Origin: the human T2T-CHM13v2.0 reference genome, Homo sapiens
NCBI RefSeq assembly: GCF_009914755.1
Contig: NC_060945.1
DNA length: 64,000 nt
Reading direction: 5' to 3' (one strand)
A program made the position numbers and the translations under genes. Of this stretch, positions 55,151 to 64,000 are shown in pieces; the stretch's first letter is position 1, and every line of letters starts with the position of its first letter. Under the pieces are notes generated by a model, which was not told the DNA's origin, made no database searches, and was given only the letters and a program-made list of their open reading frames with translations.

Positions 55151-58100
55151 TTTTTTTTTTTTTTTTTAAGCGCAACGCAACATGTCTGCCTTATTTGAGT
55201 GGCTTCCTATATCATTATAATTGTGTTATAGATGAAGAAACGGTATTAAACACTGTGCTAATGATAGTGAAAGTGAAGACAAAAGAAAGGCTATCTATTT
55301 TGTGGTTAGAATAAAGTTGCTCAGTATTTAGAGCTACCTAAATACGTCAGCATTTACACTCTTCCTAGTAAAAGCTGGCCAATCTGAATAATCCTCCTTT
55401 AAACAAACACAATTTTTGATAGGGTTAAGATTTTTTTAAGAATGCGACTCCTGCAAAATAGCTGAACAGACGATACACATTTAAAAAAATAACAACACAA
55501 GGATCAACCAGACTTGGGAAAAAATCGAAAACCACACAAGTCTTATGAAGAACTGAGTTCTTAAAATAGGACGGAGAACGTAGCTATCGGAAGAGAAGGC
55601 AGTATTGGCAAGTTGATTGTTACGTTGGTCAGCAGTAGCTGGCACTATCTTTTTGGCCATCTTTCGGGCAATGTAACTACTACAGCAAAATGAGATATGA
55701 TCCATTAAACAACATATTCGCAAATCAAAAAGTGTTTCAGTAATATAATGCTTCAGATTTAGAAGCAAATCAAATGATAGAACTCCACTGCTGTAATAAG
55801 TCACCCCAAAGATCACCGTATCTGACAAAATAACTACCACAGGGTTATGACTTCAGAATCATACTTTCTCTTGATATTTACTTATGTATGTATTTATTTT
55901 TTTTAATTTATTTCTCTTGAGACGGCGTCTCGCTCTGTCGCCCAGGCTGGAGTGCGATGGTGTGATCTCGGCTCACTGCAACCGCCACCTCCCTGGGTTC
56001 AAGCGATTCTCCTGCCTCAGCCTCCCGAGTAGCTGGGACTACAGGTGCCCGCCACCACGCCCAGCTAATCTTTATACTTTTAATAGAGACGGGGTTTCAC
56101 CGTGTCGGCCCGGATGGTCTCGATCTCTTGACCTCGTGACCCGCCCGCCTCGGCCTCCCAAAGTGCTGGGATGACAGGCGTGAGCCACTGAGCCCGGCCT
56201 TCTCTTGACGTTTAAACTATGAAGTCAGTCCAGAGAAACGCAATAAATGTCAACGGTGAGGATGGTGTTGAGGCAGAAGTAGGACCACACTTTTTCCTAT
56301 CTTATTCAGTTGATAACAATATGACCTAGGTAGTAATTTCCTATGTGCCTACTTATACACGAGTACAAAAGAGTAAAACAGAGAGACTGCTAAATTAAAG
56401 GGTACGTGAAGTTCTTCATAGTAACTCCGTAAACTGGAACACTGTCAAAAAGCAGCAGCTAGTGAATTGTTTCCATGTATTTTTCTATGATCCAATAAGT
56501 GAACTATGCTATTCCTTTCCAGTCTCCCAAGCACTTCTTGTCCCCATCACCACTTCGGTGCTCGAAGAAAAAGTAACAAATCAAGGAACACAACTAAAGA
56601 AACACACACACAAACCAAAGACAACTACAGCGTCTGCAAAAGTTTGCTAGAAGACTGAAACTGTTGAGTATAAGGATCTGGTATTCTACGATCATGAGTT
56701 CACTTCAGAGTTTGTTCAAGACATACGTTTCGTAAGGAAACATCTTAGTTAGAAGTTATTCAGCAGTAGGTACCATCCCTAAGTATTTTTCACCAAATTC
56801 GTGACAATAAAGAGCTATCTAACCAGAAAAATTAGCGAGTACCGGCACCATCCATAGGGCTTTGTCTTTACGCTTCATTAGCACTTACCATGCCTTACAA
56901 TGTCTAGGATTGACCCTGATAGCATTTCGAAAACAAGCTAATGCTTTGTCCAGTTCTTCAGTGAAGACAAGCTCACGCCCTAATGCGCTATAGGCATAAG
57001 CATCATTTGGATCCACTTCGAGAGTTCTCTGGAAGAATTGAATCGCAATATCGTGTTCCCGTTGCAGACCGAAACAGTTCCCTGCAGCACACCAGGCCTC
57101 TGGCTGGCGAATTTTTATCCATGTCTGTGAAGTCTTTGGACAGAACTGAAAGAGCAACCTCTTTCGGAGGATGCCAAAGTGTTGTAGAGTAGATCTCCAT
57201 GCCTTCGACTCTGTAATTCTCAATCCTCCTAACCTCTGAGAATTGTCTTTCAGCTTGCGTGGACTCTGAAAGTTTACAATAGGCCCTTCCGATTTGGCAC
57301 AGTACCCAACCGGTATTGCAGTGGTGAGAAGCTAGATGGCTCAAGATGCTGATAGCTTCTTTGCCGTGGTAAGAACACAAAGCTAAATAACCTTTCCCCC
57401 TTTCACGAAGAAGGCTCATCAAGCCTTCCGCTGCTGCTTTTTGTAGATTAAAAGCCTGAATCTGAGGCGCGATTGCGGCTATTTTCCCTTCTGAAATGAC
57501 GGAAGAGTCCAATTTTGTCACTTCCAGGCTATCACTTATGTTCGGTGGAGTTATTGCTCCTTTATTAGTTTTACTTTTGGTTCTTCTGTTTGGGATTTTA
57601 GGTGGAAACTTCATTTTTAATTTTCTCCTATTCTCCTCGGTTGTGGAGCTGTCACTAGTCAAGAGTCGTGAATGTCTTCGAGGCGGTGCATTTGGGGGAG
57701 ATGCCATAGTGGGGCTCAATACCTGAGGTGTTGCCCTTGTCGGCGGACCAGAACTTTGTGTTTTTGCAAGGACTGGAGTTACCTTTCGGCTCTTTCCCCT
57801 CTGCGAGAAGACAGACGGTGTTCCGGTTTGGCCGATTCTGGCAACAGGCTTTTTTGAAGGGGCTCCGGTGGATGGCACGTCAATGACAGACGGTGTCTCA
57901 TACCAGTGCAGTTTTGTCAATAGGGTCCGTCTCCGGGACTTGGGGTTTCTAATGGCAAAATGCCAACACTTGGGGTTAATGGACTAACAGCTGCTGGTCC
58001 TCCTAATAAACTTCGACCAGTTTTTGGTTTATGTTGAACCTGTTTAGATCATATGGAAGTTCCTGTTCCCAGTGGGACAGTATCAGGTGAAAGGACAGCT

Positions 58101-58946
58101 GAATCGATAGAAGACACTGGGGAGTCTGTATTCAAGGAGTACTTTGAATTGGAAGATTCTAAATTCCATCCGTTTCATTCGACGGTGTCCTGGGGTGTTT
58201 CCGTAAGAACGGTCTCGGGCTGTCTGTGACATAAACTAGGACGAGGTCCAAGTGTTGTGGCGCAACACTTGGACAGGCAGTTGCTAAAGCTCTCTAGAGA
58301 GGTGAATCAAAATGTTTGGTCAGGATCTGGCTTTTCCCCCCTATTTCACATCATGATTCAAAGGGACACCAGAGGAAAGGATTTCAACGAAGGCTCTTTT
58401 GGTCACATTCTGATCCTTTGGTAAGCCGATCTGTCTTGCAATATACATGTCCCGACGATGGAAGGGGAAAGCGAGCTGAATCACCAAACTCAGGAACGAT
58501 AATATCATCGTGGCTTTTCTGCTTATGAAACACTCCACCCGATAAGATTTGATCCCCTTCTGCAAGCTTGCTGAGATCAACACAACATTTCGCAAGCAGG
58601 CATTTGCATTGCGGGGTAGTACAACTGTGTCCTTTCAAGAGTCTATATGTTTTATAGGCCTTTCCTGAGCGGTAAGAACAGGTCGCCAGTAAGAACAAGG
58701 CTTCTTCTGAGTGTACTTCTGCATAAAGGCGTTCTGCGGGGGAAACCGCATCTCGGTAGGCATAGTGGTTTAGTGCTTGCCATATAGCAGCCTGGACGGG
58801 TCCCTGCAGCACCGCCATCCTCGAGGCTCAGGCCCACTTTCTGCAGTGCCACAGGCACCCCCCCCCCCCATAGCGGCTCCGGCCCGGCCAGCCCCGGCTC
58901 ATTTAAAGGCACCAGCCGCCGTTACCGGGGGATGGGGGAGTCCGAG
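55151..58946 (-). pseudogene. CDC27P: CDC27 retro-pseudogene, second unit copy
   Basis: Identical ORF fragments at 56885-57223, 57003-57920 and 58384-58818. Confidence 0.93.
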
Positions 58947-59471
58947 ACAGAATGACTTCTTTATCCTGCTGACTCTGGAAAGCCCGGCGCCTTGTGATCC
59001 ATTGCAAACCGAGAGTCACCTCGTGTTTAGAACACGGATCCACTCCCAAGTTCAGTGGGGGGATGTGAGGGGTGTGGCAGGTAGGACGAAGGACTCTCTT
59101 CCTTCTGATTCGGTCTGCACAGTGGGGCCTAGGGCTGGAGCTCTCTCCGTGCGGACCGCTGACTCCCTCTACCTTGGGTTCCCTCGGCCCCACCCTGGAA
59201 CGCCGGGCCTTGGCAGATTCTGGCCCTTCCTGGCCCTTCAGTCGCTGTCAGAAACCCCATCTCATGCTCGGATGCCCCGAGTGACTGTGGCTCGCACCTC
59301 TCCGGAAACATTGGAAATCTCTCCTCTACGCGCGGCCACCTGAAACCACAGGAGCTCGGGACACACGTGCTTTCGGGAGAGAATGCTGAGAGTCTCTTGC
59401 CGACTCTCTCTTGACTTGAGTTCTTCGTGGGTGCGTGGTTAAGACGTAGTGAGACCAGATGTATTAACTCA

Positions 59472-64000
<4,529 letters not shown>

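Overview
This window is part of a human (or close great-ape) ribosomal DNA tandem array with a unit length of 44,385 bp. Positions 1-19615 recur at 44386-64000, and ORFs in the track repeat at exactly +44385. The order is: distal intergenic spacer (IGS) of unit n, spacer promoter and gene promoter, one complete 47S transcription unit (TSS 21732; 18S 25372-27240; 5.8S 28319-28475; 28S 29644-34717), three R repeats within an 11-Sal-box terminator cluster, then the next IGS. That IGS holds two ~4.2-kb Long/Butterfly repeats, three large CT tracts, a CDC27 retro-pseudogene and many Alus. There are no credible protein-coding genes; the long ORFs are artefacts of low-complexity or GC-rich sequence. 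The locus is well known and I cannot claim a wholly new system. Five things deserve a second look. (1) The CDC27 retrocopy is about 3.8 kb, runs through an unspliced 5' splice site into intron-like sequence, and ends in a poly(A) tail with a target-site duplication (TSD). (2) Most independent IGS Alus share the same TGTAATCCC to TGTCATCCC change. (3) A dispersed, duplicated ~200-bp IGS element carries CTCF-like motifs co-oriented with the promoter-proximal one. (4) Substitutions show a strong AT to GC bias. (5) The CT tracts have a higher-order, branch-point-like and nearly AG-free structure.
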